Shown here piece by piece: positions 8,560-19,260 of a stretch of DNA of 64,000 bases; the first letter of the stretch is position 1; every line of letters starts with the position of its first letter. The stretch comes from Thiotrichaceae bacterium (GTDB taxonomy: Bacteria > Pseudomonadota > Gammaproteobacteria > UBA5859), in NCBI GenBank assembly GCA_041940025.1, contig JBGTSY010000009.1, positions 9,110 through 73,109 of the forward strand. Direction: 5' to 3'. The notes below the pieces were generated by a model. That model saw only the letters and a program-made list of their open reading frames with translations, did not search any database and was not told where the DNA came from. A program made the position numbers and the translations under genes.

Positions 8560-10773
8560 ATGAACAGATTTGTTTATTTTTTGGTTGCGGGGTCAATCTT
8601 AGTTTTGCCTATTTCAAATACGTTTTCCCAATCCGCCAGTCTTGAGTCCGTGGTTGTGGTTGGCGAGCTGCAGGAGAAGTCGGTGCAACACACCCAATCC
8701 AGCGTCTCGGTTATCAGCGGCGAATCTTTGCAGCAAAGGGGATCGGAAACGCTTTACGACCACGTGGAGAAATTGGCCAATGTGAATTCCGTGTTTGGTG
8801 ATAAGGGTTTTGCCATTCGTGGGGTTACCCAGTATGGCGTGGGTGGTGGTTCCGATGATGGCACTAATGGTCTAATTAATATCGCGATAGATGGCGTTGC
8901 ATTGCCAACGATTATTTCTTCCATTTATGGCGCCGACAGTAATTGGGATTTACAACAAGTTGAGGTTTTTCGAGGTGCTCAATCCACTCAACAAGGTCGC
9001 AATTCGCTGAGTGGGGCCGTCTTAATCAAAACCAAAGATCCGCACTTTAACGATGAGAGTAAATACCGGTTATCTATGGGACAGGATGGTCAGACTGATC
9101 TGGCATTTGCTAGAAATGTTCCGCTCAATGATTTAATTGCATTAAGGTTTAGTGCACAACATTCTCAAACGGATGGTTATGTCAAAAATACTACGTTAGA
9201 GGATAATGAATACGACGCGCGTGAATTTGATAACTTCAGATTAAAACTGAAACTCGAGCCGAACGATGATTTGTTTGTGGTGGCGGGAATTAATTACTCT
9301 GAGCACCGTGGCGGGGCGGATTTGGTGTTGGCAAATGAATTTCCACAACGACGAGTTATTCCATCGGACGCTGTTCCTGATCAGGGAAGTAAGCATGTTA
9401 TTTCACACGTTCGGTTAAACTATTTCTTTAACGATTCTTATCGTCTCGATAGCACCACCACTTACTATCATCATCAATTTGATCGTCAAGAGGATACGGA
9501 TTATAGCGAAGTCCCCGGTAATTTGTTTTTGTTGCAAACCGAGGACGACAGTTTTTCTCAGGAACTTAAGCTACATTTTGATTGGAATAATGATACTGGT
9601 GGAGTGATCGGTGCATACTATACAAAAATTAATAACGAATATGATCAGGATGTGACGTTACCTTTTAATCGCGCAGTCTCTCCCGAAGTGCTTATTGATC
9701 AGTTTCCCGAGCAAGTGGCCTCGGTAGCGGATTTTTTAAATCTTGATCTTTTGTCGTTGGTAGACTCTTTATCCAATGATGCCTTGACCTTGCAACCTCT
9801 GCAATATGCGACACAGGAAACCAGCAATAGTGCGGTCTATGGCGAGTTGAATTTCCGCTTTAGCGAGCGTTGGTCTACTACCTTCGGCTTGCGCTATGAT
9901 TCAGAAAAAATAGTTCGGGATTCTACCGCCGGCACGAAAGCCTTTGTCAAACAGGTGCCGCAGTTTGAATTCGAGTTTTTGCCGCAAAGCGCTAGCTCGA
10001 ATAACACTCGATTCGAGGCGTTTTTGCCGAAGTGGCAATTCAATTATCGTTTTCATAAAGAAAACAGCTTGGCTTTAGTAGTGCAGCGAGCCTATCGCGC
10101 GGGCGGGGTGCAGCGAAACCCCATCAGTTTAACTATCAACGAGTACGATCCCGAGTATACCGATAATTATGAATTGGCTCTGCGCAGCCATTGGTTTGAT
10201 AATAAGTTGACGCTGAATGCCAACATTTTTTACACGGATTGGAAAGACATGCAGGTGCCGGTATTCGGGCAATCGGGCAATCAGTTTGACTTTGATACTG
10301 TAAACGCCGGGCGGGCCAATTTACAGGGAATGGAAGTAGAAATGCGTGCAATAGTTTTGCCCAGCCTGAACGTGCTCGCCAATCTGGGTTACGTGGAGAC
10401 TGAATTCACCGAGTTTAATCGTTCTGGTACTGATCTGAAGGGTAATCAGTTTGCCTTTGCACCCAAAGAATCCGCGACTTTGGCATTACAATATCAGGTT
10501 TTTAGTGCGTTATCTTGGCAAATCAGCGCGTCTTACCAGGGCAAGCATTTTAATTCCGTTACCAACAACAAGGCGGAACAGCTCCCCGGTCGTACTTTGT
10601 TTAACTCGGAATTACTCTATGCCGGCAATAGTTGGTCTGTGGCGTTAGTGGGCAAAAATCTAACGAACAAAGATTATGAAACGCAATTCTTTAATGATGG
10701 CACGCAACTATTAGCACGCGTAGGCGATCCCCGATTTTTTGGGATCGTATTTAATAAGCATTACGATGGTTGA
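8560..10773 (+). CDS. TonB-dependent receptor (substrate unknown)
   Basis: TonB box 'LESVVVVG', plug 'DLQQVEVFRGAQSTQQGRNSLSGAV', 'PEYTDNYELALRS' and a C-terminal 'DPRFFGI'. Confidence 0.9.
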   Translation: MNRFVYFLVAGSILVLPISNTFSQSASLESVVVVGELQEKSVQHTQSSVSVISGESLQQRGSETLYDHVEKLANVNSVFGDKGFAIRGVTQYGVGGGSDDGTNGLINIAIDGVALPTIISSIYGADSNWDLQQVEVFRGAQSTQQGRNSLSGAVLIKTKDPHFNDESKYRLSMGQDGQTDLAFARNVPLNDLIALRFSAQHSQTDGYVKNTTLEDNEYDAREFDNFRLKLKLEPNDDLFVVAGINYSEHRGGADLVLANEFPQRRVIPSDAVPDQGSKHVISHVRLNYFFNDSYRLDSTTTYYHHQFDRQEDTDYSEVPGNLFLLQTEDDSFSQELKLHFDWNNDTGGVIGAYYTKINNEYDQDVTLPFNRAVSPEVLIDQFPEQVASVADFLNLDLLSLVDSLSNDALTLQPLQYATQETSNSAVYGELNFRFSERWSTTFGLRYDSEKIVRDSTAGTKAFVKQVPQFEFEFLPQSASSNNTRFEAFLPKWQFNYRFHKENSLALVVQRAYRAGGVQRNPISLTINEYDPEYTDNYELALRSHWFDNKLTLNANIFYTDWKDMQVPVFGQSGNQFDFDTVNAGRANLQGMEVEMRAIVLPSLNVLANLGYVETEFTEFNRSGTDLKGNQFAFAPKESATLALQYQVFSALSWQISASYQGKHFNSVTNNKAEQLPGRTLFNSELLYAGNSWSVALVGKNLTNKDYETQFFNDGTQLLARVGDPRFFGIVFNKHYDG

Positions 10774-11372
10774 TAAGATTATGACACCCTAGTGAATGCA
10801 ATATCCTCCGAAAGTAGACTGGTGCGTGCGCTCGACATATCACTAGTGCCACTTGTTTACGTCAATCTGTTTCATACTTATAACGAAATCGAATAGCCTG
10901 CTCTCACTCGGAGGGTGCGGCATGTTGAGTAGTGAAAATTTAACTTTCAAATAGTCTGTTCTTGTTACGGCCGCAACCGACTGCATAATCAATGCGCCAG
11001 TGCTTTTTGCTCAAGGTGGCGTCTGTATGGGTGACGATATGTGTGTCATGCGGGTAAGTGCTTAAAGTGCCCATTTCACCGGTCTCAAACTGAACGACGA
11101 GCCAGGCAAAGGTTGTGTGAAGATAGTGCTGAAATCGGTAAATCGATATCTGTCATCGACTTTATGAGTGATGAACTATATGGGACGAAGGTTGATCGAA
11201 ATGAAACTGATTGATGCAGATTAAAATTAGTTTATTTTTATTTCTTAGACAAAAATTATAGGAGGCTTTGGTATTATAGTGGAGCGAAGGCCAGAGTCAT
11301 TATGTCACAAAAGTCGAACATTATGCGTGTGTATGATCACTTAACAAACTTTACGAAAGCTAGTTAATAACA

Positions 11373-12314
11373 ATGGCTCGAATTGGAACCTATTCTATTA
11401 TGCTCCATGGTGGTGCAGGCGACCTAAATAATGTCAATGATAACCAAACTGCTGTTCGTTACCTTGAGAGTTTGCGCACAGTGTTAGAGCATGGACGTGA
11501 TATTTTGACCCTTGGTGGTTCCGCGTTACAGACGGTGGAAGCATGTACCACCTTGTTGGAAGACGACCCACTGTTTAATGCTGGATGTGGTTCAGTGTTG
11601 AATGAAGCGGGAGAAGTGGAAATGGATGCCGCGATTATGAATGGTTATGATCTGTCAGCAGGTGCGGTGGCAGGGATCAGCGATATCACCAATCCGATCC
11701 AACTTGCTCGGCGAATACTGAGTCAGAGTGAACATGTCATGTTGGTGGGCTCGGGTGCGCTGCGTTTTGCGGATCGCTATGATATCCCTCGTGCACCCAA
11801 GAACTATTTTCTCACTGCGGATAGGCTGTCACAACTGAAACAGGCTCAGACCGCAGATAAAATGATGTTGGATCATGATGAAGCGGGTGATAAGAACGAA
11901 GATGATAAACATGGCACCATCGGCGCAGTGGCTTTCGATCTTCAGGGTAATCTTGCAGCGGCGACTTCAACCGGCGGTATAGTTAACAAGCGTCTGGGCA
12001 GAGTGGGAGATTCACCCATCATTGGAGCCGGGGTGTATGCGGATAATGAAACCTGCGCGGTGTCAGCGACGGGGTATGGCGAAGATTTTATGCGTACGGT
12101 ATTTGCTAAGACCATTTCAGACTATATCGCCATGCAGGAAATGAATGCAGGTACCGCCACTCAAATCGGAATTGAATATTTGCAGAGACGGGTAAGCGGC
12201 CGGGGTGGTGTCATTGTGATTGACAGACAGGGTAATTGTGCCAGTGGGTTTACTACCAAGAAAATGATTCATGGTTGGATCGAGCACGGCGGTAGCACGG
12301 TGGTTCGATTTTAG
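11373..12314 (+). CDS. iaaA: Isoaspartyl peptidase/L-asparaginase (Ntn hydrolase)
   Basis: 'LHGGAG', 'LEDDPLFNAGCGSV', autoproteolytic 'GTIGAVA', 'ATSTGG' and 'GRVGDSPIIGAG'. Confidence 0.92.
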   Translation: MARIGTYSIMLHGGAGDLNNVNDNQTAVRYLESLRTVLEHGRDILTLGGSALQTVEACTTLLEDDPLFNAGCGSVLNEAGEVEMDAAIMNGYDLSAGAVAGISDITNPIQLARRILSQSEHVMLVGSGALRFADRYDIPRAPKNYFLTADRLSQLKQAQTADKMMLDHDEAGDKNEDDKHGTIGAVAFDLQGNLAAATSTGGIVNKRLGRVGDSPIIGAGVYADNETCAVSATGYGEDFMRTVFAKTISDYIAMQEMNAGTATQIGIEYLQRRVSGRGGVIVIDRQGNCASGFTTKKMIHGWIEHGGSTVVRF

Positions 12315-12422
12315 CTTTCTACTTGACTGTGCGAACGCCTATTGGAAAGATCGTCAAGAATTCAGTGCTACACAGGACAATAAGCATCCATTTGGCATGA
12401 CTTTAATAGAGAGAGAGTAGCG

Positions 12423-13406
12423 ATGCGCGCCATGATTTTGCAGCAGCAGAAGCAGCCACTCATCTTGAAAGAGGTCAGCACGCCTAACGCAGCAGCACAC
12501 GAGCTGTTGATAAAAGTACACGCCTGTGGGATCCGTCGTACTGACTGACATATAGTGGACGCAGATCTCACGGAGCCCAAATTACCCCTCATCCCTGGAC
12601 ACCAGGTGGTTGGCACCGTCGTGGCGAAAGGCGCTGGGGTGAATAGATTCCATATCGGTGAACGAGTGGGTGTAGCCTGGTTTGGTGGAAGTTGTGGCCA
12701 GTGTGACTATTGTACAGAGGGTAGGGAAAACCTATGCGACCATGCAGTGTACACTGGTTATCAACGGAACGGTGGATTTGCGTAGTATTGTGTCGCCAAG
12801 GCAGATTACTGTTTTTCAATACCACAGGAGTATGCGTATGCACAGGCTGCGCCTCTATTGTGCGCAGGCTTAATTGGGTATCGTGCCTATCGCATGGCAG
12901 AAAAGGGTGAGCGAATAGGTGTGTATGGCTTTGGCGCGGCGGCACATATTCTGAGCCAAGTAGCCCGCTATCACGGTAAAGAGATCTACGCGTTTACTCG
13001 ACTAGGAGACACAGAGGCACAACAGTTCGCGTTGAACCTGGGCGCAAAATGGGCTGGAGATCCCTCACAAGCACCACCCGTGGGTCTCGATGCGTCAATT
13101 TTATTCGCACCAGTAGGAGAGTTAGTGCCTGTTGCATGTAGTCATGTTCGAAAAGGTGGCACAGTGATCTGTGCGGGTATTCATATGAGCGATATTCCCA
13201 GCTTTCCCTATCACTTGCTCTGGGGCGAACGCACGGTTCGCTCTGTCGCTAATTTAACCCGAGAGGATGGGGCGTTGTTTTTGCCTTTGGCGGCAAAAAA
13301 ACCAGTACGGACTGAGGTGCATACTTATGCTTTGGAGGAAACAAACCAGGCGTTAGAAGAGTTACGTTTGGGGCGGTTCGATGGGGCGGCAGTCGTTCTG
13401 CCTTAA
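12423..13406 (+). pseudogene. Zinc-dependent alcohol dehydrogenase, inactivated
   Basis: One reading frame from ATG 12423, interrupted by TGA 12546-12548 (CGIRRTD*H) and TAG 12783-12785 (GGFA*Y). It retains GHQ, the CGQCDYC...C zinc loop and GFGAAAH. Confidence 0.9.
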
Positions 13407-13474
13407 GTAGCCTGTCTCAGAGCGGTACTCCTAGATTAAATTCGGATCTGTCAGCCGTTGTCTTTCCCACCGAG

Positions 13475-13503
13475 CCCGTTAAGGCTATCTAAGCCTTAAC
13501 GGG
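13475..13503. terminator. Stem-loop between convergent genes (probable bidirectional terminator)
   Basis: Perfect 12-bp stem CCCGTTAAGGCT/AGCCTTAACGGG with a 5-nt loop. Confidence 0.7.
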
Positions 13504-13523
13504 ACGAATAGTGGGTCAATAAT

Positions 13524-14735
13524 TTACTGCACTGTCTCCAGATCGATTAATGGAATATTAGTGTCATAGTGTCCATTAATGGTTCTAATAAATTCATTGG
13601 CAGTGATGGCATGGCCAATGTTAGTGGGATGAAAACCATCAAGAGAAAAAATACCACCAAGATAGCTGGTGCTGAGCTGTTGTCCATTTATCACTATTCC
13701 ATTGGTGGCCAGATCGCTAAGTAGACCACGCATATCCACCACCGGAATTTTATTTCTGGCTGCTACCCGATGCACCACTCTGTTAAATCTCTTTGTGGCT
13801 TTTTGGATCTGAGCTATCTCGCTTGCCGTGACGACCAAGTCACCAGTTAAGGGCCCTTGGATGTCGCCAGATAGGATTTGGGTGATGGCTTCGAACGCAA
13901 ATAGGGTAACGAAATCACCCGCCTCGATGCCTAAAATGGGGCCGACGACAGAGAGATCCAATCCAGTTAACGCAGCCACGGTCTCAGCCGGAATTAAAAA
14001 TCCAATATCGGTGACATCAGGCAGATTGGCTATCAATAGTTGGGCGCCAGTTTGACGCATCCGTTTGACTAATTTTCGATAGTGTCGCCTAAAAACTTTT
14101 TGCGAGGTCAGTTCCGACGTCTCTCCCAACACTGCTGCCCACAGTGAATCATTATTACCCACCCAAATAACGGCGAAACTGGGATCCAAAGCTTCGGCCA
14201 TCTCAATCTCAGAATACAAAGGTGTGCCAAAGATGCAGGCGGGCAATCCCAATACCAACTCTGTGTAGACATCCACCAAGCGAATACCACCCACAGTCTG
14301 ATCCACTGAGCAATCAGGTCGATAGTGCATGACTTCGTCAATCTTTAAGTTTGGCACGGAGATGTTCATGGGTTGTAAAAATGGATCAAGCCGCCCTGCG
14401 GATTGTCCTGGCTCTTGGCCGAGCACCGGGGGAGGACCTGGATCTTCTAAGGTGAGTGCGGCAGGAATTCCAGGAGCACCAATGAGTGGCAGGGGTAAGG
14501 AGACATTGATTTGTTGGGCCAACAATGCGGCATAGCTGTGAGGCTGAAAGTTCTCGTTTAGTGACAAATTTTGCACACCAGCAGAAAGGCTGTCTCCGAC
14601 AATCACCAGACGTGAAAAATCTGGGGGTTCGTGCCACTTTTCAGGCGCGCTATGGGCAGTGGCGTGGAAAGCGATTAGAGAGATGCTCATAACTAGAGTC
14701 GTGAATCGCGATACTGATCTTGGTTTCAAATGCAT
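13524..14735 (-). CDS. Secreted SGNH/GDSL hydrolase family protein
   Basis: Signal peptide. Block I 'VGDSLSAG', block III 'WVGNND', block V 'DGFHPT'. Confidence 0.88.
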   Translation of the reverse strand: MHLKPRSVSRFTTLVMSISLIAFHATAHSAPEKWHEPPDFSRLVIVGDSLSAGVQNLSLNENFQPHSYAALLAQQINVSLPLPLIGAPGIPAALTLEDPGPPPVLGQEPGQSAGRLDPFLQPMNISVPNLKIDEVMHYRPDCSVDQTVGGIRLVDVYTELVLGLPACIFGTPLYSEIEMAEALDPSFAVIWVGNNDSLWAAVLGETSELTSQKVFRRHYRKLVKRMRQTGAQLLIANLPDVTDIGFLIPAETVAALTGLDLSVVGPILGIEAGDFVTLFAFEAITQILSGDIQGPLTGDLVVTASEIAQIQKATKRFNRVVHRVAARNKIPVVDMRGLLSDLATNGIVINGQQLSTSYLGGIFSLDGFHPTNIGHAITANEFIRTINGHYDTNIPLIDLETVQ

Positions 14736-15177
14736 GTCTGATGTCTCCTCAAAAGGTAGATGAAATAGTCTACTAGCCTGACCATTGGTAACTTTATGTC
14801 GGAACTAGCAAAGTAGTCTTTAATTAATAAGCTATGGTCCCCTTATGGTATGTAGCCTATTTCACTTCTATTATTGATTCGTTTAACTAAAGTTAACCCT
14901 CGTATTAAAGCTTTGAGGATCTCCTCAAGTATAGGTAGCGCATTCTGCTAAAGAAACTACCTCTAGTCATTTAAAGGTGAGCAAACCAATTTTCTTTCAT
15001 ATTGATTGTCTGGTCATCTGCTTAAAAAGTGACCAGGTTAGTTGGGTATTGAACAAAACTAATATCAAACAATAGGTAACATACTGGGAATTATCACGCT
15101 AAAAGGTTACAAAATTAAGGTCGTGAAATTGATGATGGCGAATGACCGATCCAGACTGATCTTAAAATGCCTTAATC

Positions 15178-15222
15178 AGGGAGGCCGGAATACGTCACCC
15201 CGTGGATGACGGGGATGAGGTC
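15178..15222. mobile_element. IS200/IS605-like subterminal hairpin relic
   Basis: Bulged hairpin TCACCCCGT-GGATG-ACGGGG(A)TGA flanked by TATTCCGG on the minus strand. No transposase recognised nearby. Confidence 0.35.
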
Positions 15223-15628
15223 GACACGTTCTAACGGCTAATCAATTCTTCTGCTTTTTCGCTACTCATTCGCGATGGGCTTGCATGAGTCCGCGCATGT
15301 TTGTTCATCACAAGTTCCTAATATAGGCTTCTTCCAGGTATGCGGCTTGTCATACAGCTTGTGCGTAGACCAATCAGTGGCTGGATCAGGCAATTTGACT
15401 CTTGCGACCTGTTGACAATTTTTTGTGACGATATCTAAATTTACCGAGTGGAGTGGTGAGACAGAGATCCAGCCAAATTCGAGTAAGAATCATCAGGTGC
15501 ATGTGACTAGGGAAATCCACACGGGATTACACTATAATTCATTCAGCAATATTTTAAGGTCCTGACTTGGTGAGTCTTCTTTTAGATGCTCAGAAGACTG
15601 GGACAAGTCGTAATGAGAGTGTCATATC

Positions 15629-16228
15629 TTGATTCGTATGGAGATGCTTATGAAAAAAACCATTGGTCTAGTAGCAGGAATCAGCTTGTTCAGCTCATCC
15701 CTATTTGCGGTGGATGTATCGGAAGTAAAAGATGCATTTGACAGCTCGGTTTCTCTTGCTAAGCAAGGCAAGATTACAGAGGCCATTAAAGAAGCAGAGT
15801 GGGGCATGGGCGGCTTGAAAGAATTAGATAGGGCTGCGAAGAAAGCGCTCTTTCCTGCCAAGCTTGCGGGGTTCACTGGTCAAGCGTTTACCGATCAAAG
15901 CGCAATGGGGATGACGGTAATAGAACGCATATACTCAAATGGAAATAAAGACGTCAAAGTGACTCTAACCGAAATTGGCGGTAGCAATAATCCCTTAGCT
16001 GGAATGGCTGCTCTTGGCCAGATGTTTGGACAGACCAGCAATCAAATTCGCCTTCCGGGACGAGTGACAGGTTCGAAGAATGTTCAAGGTAACCGTGTAG
16101 AAATAACTGCGAGCATCCAGAATCAAATGCTGTCTATCTCAAGTACATCCGCTAGTGAAGCAGAAGTAGAAGGAGTGGCAAAGGAATTTCCTGTAGAGGC
16201 ATTTCAAGCGTACTATACTGGAAAGTAA
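15629..16228 (+). CDS. Hypothetical exported protein
   Basis: 199-aa ORF with a signal-peptide-like N-terminus (MKKTIGLVAGISLFSSSLFA). No family recognised. Confidence 0.75.
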   Translation: MIRMEMLMKKTIGLVAGISLFSSSLFAVDVSEVKDAFDSSVSLAKQGKITEAIKEAEWGMGGLKELDRAAKKALFPAKLAGFTGQAFTDQSAMGMTVIERIYSNGNKDVKVTLTEIGGSNNPLAGMAALGQMFGQTSNQIRLPGRVTGSKNVQGNRVEITASIQNQMLSISSTSASEAEVEGVAKEFPVEAFQAYYTGK

Positions 16229-16748
16229 CTCAACCTAGCTAGAGTCGTAACCTATGCGGGTTAGTGGGGCTATATTCAAAAATTTAATTTATATTTGTCA
16301 TCGCTGTGTGTGGGCAGATCCCTTTAAAGTCACAAATAAGAACTCCTCACCCGCTTTGAAAGATTGTCGGTATGCACAGACCGATTGCCATTATTTGCAC
16401 ATTCATTTCTAAACTGCTATGCGCAAAAGTATGGAGAGGTACTAGCAGAATTCGATCTGATAGGAATGCAGTCAGAACTTACAGGCATCGGCACGATTAT
16501 ATCGTTGACTAATTCGCATTTTAATCAAACTATTTTCCCGCAAGTTTTGTTGCTGCCATCATTGCGCAGGTTGTGAGCTTATCTCGCTCGCTTAAATTGA
16601 CATATTGATCGTTTATTCATATTACTTTTGCTAATAGTTAACAAAAAAATATCTAGAGAGAGTTAAGTTTGAGCTAAGAAAAAATTTGATACGCTGACAA
16701 GCGCATCATTCATATGTTGGTTAGCTTGCTTAATGGAACTTAATTGTT

Positions 16749-17696
16749 ATGGCTAGAGACTCTCTCAAACGTAGTGCAATTGGAGTGGCCTTTATGCGCG
16801 CTCTTGCTACTTATTCTCTAGATACACACTTGTTCGACGATCCTTATGCTGAATATTTTATGCCGAGGCGATACGGTCGGTTGGCTAAACGAAAGTGGCT
16901 GCATAAAAGGTTCGCCCGCAGATCCAAGATGATTGAGTCGCATCCACGATTTAGGATCCGACGGCAAGGTTGGCGATTCATGACTCAGGTGGTGCTACGT
17001 GGGAGATATACCGAAGATGTTTTGCAACGGCGAATTAGCGAAGGGGTAAAGCAATATATTATTCTGGGAGCTGGTATGGATACATTTGTGTTTAGGCATA
17101 AAGATCTGCTGTCCCAAATAAAAGTATTTGAATTGGATCTGCCTAGTACGCAGCAGTTTAAGCTGAAAAGAATCCAACAGGCTCAGTTGGAAGTGCCGCC
17201 CAATGTGGTGTATCTACCAATTGATTTTGAGAAAAGTTCCGTGGTAGATGTGTTGAAACAGTCAGACTTTAATGCAAAATTACCTACGGTAATATGTTGG
17301 AATGGCGTGACCTATTACTTGCCAAAATCCGTTATCGCTACCATGCTAAGGGATCTCAGCGACTTTATGGGAAGCAATGTGGACATCATATTCGACTATG
17401 CCGACGGACGCTTTTTTAATCGCAAGATAACTAAGTGGTGGCAAAAGCTTTTAAGGAAACTGTATCACAGCACACCAGAGCCGTTGATAACAGGTTTTTT
17501 TCTCGATGAGCTGGAAACCTTTCTAGATGAAAACGGATTCACCATGGTTGAGCACTGGGCGGGAAAGGAGATGGGTGACCTTTATTCACAAGAGGTGTAT
17601 GGCATTTTGCAGCCTAGTAAATATGTACATTTTGCTCACATTAGAGGGAAGAGCTGCGCAACAGAGCGAGAGGGAGACATTCACAATGTCGCCTAG
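16749..17696 (+). CDS. SAM-dependent methyltransferase (LCM/TIGR00027-like)
   Basis: 'FDDPYAEYF', 'QYIILGAGMDTF', 'VFELDLPST', 'NGVTYYL'. Confidence 0.88.
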   Translation: MARDSLKRSAIGVAFMRALATYSLDTHLFDDPYAEYFMPRRYGRLAKRKWLHKRFARRSKMIESHPRFRIRRQGWRFMTQVVLRGRYTEDVLQRRISEGVKQYIILGAGMDTFVFRHKDLLSQIKVFELDLPSTQQFKLKRIQQAQLEVPPNVVYLPIDFEKSSVVDVLKQSDFNAKLPTVICWNGVTYYLPKSVIATMLRDLSDFMGSNVDIIFDYADGRFFNRKITKWWQKLLRKLYHSTPEPLITGFFLDELETFLDENGFTMVEHWAGKEMGDLYSQEVYGILQPSKYVHFAHIRGKSCATEREGDIHNVA

Positions 17697-17741
17697 TTGT
17701 TCTGATAATCTCCCCAATAGCCAGCTCGAATAACCGAACCA

Positions 17742-18407
17742 TTAAAGAGTATTCGCTTTTTGCGTAGAACGTAAACGTTTTATTAGTCCCGGTAAAAAGG
17801 CGACGGTAGCCAGCAGAGCCAAGGCTAAAAGACCCTTTTGAATCAGATCTTCGCCTCCCGCAGCGGCTTCGCGTCCCGCATATCCTAAGTAAGTATAGGC
17901 GAGGGCGCCAGGGAACATAAACAGATAAGAAGCGATGATATAGTGAGACAACCGAACACCACTCAGCCCTAGGGCGTAGTTCAGCAGGTTAAAAGGAATG
18001 AGTGGCACTAGACGCACAAAAGCAACAAATCGCCAGCCTTCCGATTCTACACCCTGTTTGAGCTCTTTGAGTCGTCCTGAGATTTTCTCTTCTACCCAGT
18101 CAGATGCCAAATAGCGTGCGATTAGAAAAGCCAGAGTGGCACCTATAGTGGCTCCAGCTAGATTGTAGAAGGTTCCGAAGATAGGTCCAAATAGTGCACC
18201 GCCGGTTAATGTGAGCAGTGATCCGGGGAAAAACAGCAATGTGCCTAACGCATAGATTAAAATAAAGAGTAGCGGACCCGCTACACCAAACTCGGTGATG
18301 CGATGGGTCAATGTCAACTCGTTAAGCAGCTCTCGGTTGACTATCGTCAAACCAATGGCAACCAACAATAAAAAGGCCAATATCAGGCGTAATATTTTAA
18401 TGTTCAT
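17742..18407 (-). CDS. TVP38/TMEM64 (DedA/VTT) family membrane protein
   Basis: 'LTLTGGALFGP...G', 'RLVPLIPFNLLNYALG'. Start chosen at ATG 18407. Confidence 0.9.
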   Translation of the reverse strand: MNIKILRLILAFLLLVAIGLTIVNRELLNELTLTHRITEFGVAGPLLFILIYALGTLLFFPGSLLTLTGGALFGPIFGTFYNLAGATIGATLAFLIARYLASDWVEEKISGRLKELKQGVESEGWRFVAFVRLVPLIPFNLLNYALGLSGVRLSHYIIASYLFMFPGALAYTYLGYAGREAAAGGEDLIQKGLLALALLATVAFLPGLIKRLRSTQKANTL

Positions 18408-19260
18408 CAGGGGGGTTCCAGTGTCGATGATTAATCGCATAAGCTTGTATCTTGCCAATAAAGGGTAATGCAAGAATACCCGGCAACCAAATCACCTGTT
18501 TGTGTTCTCGGATGTGCTGGATACCGATACGCATCTTTTCATGGCCCACATGAGGTTGAGCAATGTAGGTGCCAAAGAGCCTATCCCAGCAGGATAGATT
18601 AAATCCGAAATTGCTATTGGTTTCGTTGTCCGCCACAGAGTGGTGAACTCGATGCATGTCTGGCGTGACAATAAAACAGCGCAACACCGCATCCATAGAC
18701 TTGGGTAAACGCACATTTCCATGGTTGAACAGGGACATGGCGTTGAGCAGGACTTCAAATATTACTACCGATACTATGGGCGGGCCAATGAGGATAATGG
18801 CAGCGAATTTAATCGACATGGAGAATAATATTTCTACTGGGTGGAAGCGGCTGCCCGTGGTGACATCATAGTCGAGATCGGCATGATGCACACGATGGAA
18901 ACGCCAAAAAACAGGAATGGCGTGAACCATGACATGTTGTAGATAGATAACCAAATCCAGCGCCAATATTGATACCAGAATTTCGATGGGTAAGGTGAGT
19001 GCTATTTGTTGCAGCATGCCCAATTGATTCTCGCTTGCATAGACAGCGATGCCCACTGCTGCGGCAGGAAAGATGAAACGTAATATAAATGTATTGAGCA
19101 ATACTAGACCAATATTATTTGTCCAACGCGCTAATTTGGAAACAGTTAAGGCTCGCCTCGGTGCGAGGATTTCCCAAATTGCCATGAGGGTAAAAACAGC
19201 AAAGAAAAAGCTGAGCCTGATGGATACTTCCTGTGTGGTAATGAAGGTTTCCCAGTTCAA
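18397..19260 (-). CDS. Sterol desaturase/fatty acid hydroxylase family protein
   Basis: His boxes 'HRVHH', 'RFHP', 'FNHGN', 'HRVHHS', followed by 'SNFGFNLSCWDRLFGT'. Confidence 0.9.
   Translation of the reverse strand: MNWETFITTQEVSIRLSFFFAVFTLMAIWEILAPRRALTVSKLARWTNNIGLVLLNTFILRFIFPAAAVGIAVYASENQLGMLQQIALTLPIEILVSILALDLVIYLQHVMVHAIPVFWRFHRVHHADLDYDVTTGSRFHPVEILFSMSIKFAAIILIGPPIVSVVIFEVLLNAMSLFNHGNVRLPKSMDAVLRCFIVTPDMHRVHHSVADNETNSNFGFNLSCWDRLFGTYIAQPHVGHEKMRIGIQHIREHKQVIWLPGILALPFIGKIQAYAINHRHWNPPDEH

Noticed and set aside
10800-11170. Intergenic stretch with a ~70-codon minus-strand open frame
   Set aside because: No start, RBS or recognisable motif, so it could not be assigned.
12286-12295. 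GGCGGTAG ops-like sequences (here and near 15978)
   Set aside because: Both lie inside unrelated coding regions rather than in a polysaccharide operon leader. No JUMPstart was found upstream of manC.
12546-12548. In-frame TGA in the ADH as selenocysteine or recoding
   Set aside because: It replaces the conserved Leu, not a Cys. A second stop (TAG) and loss of the zinc-ligand Cys point to pseudogenisation.
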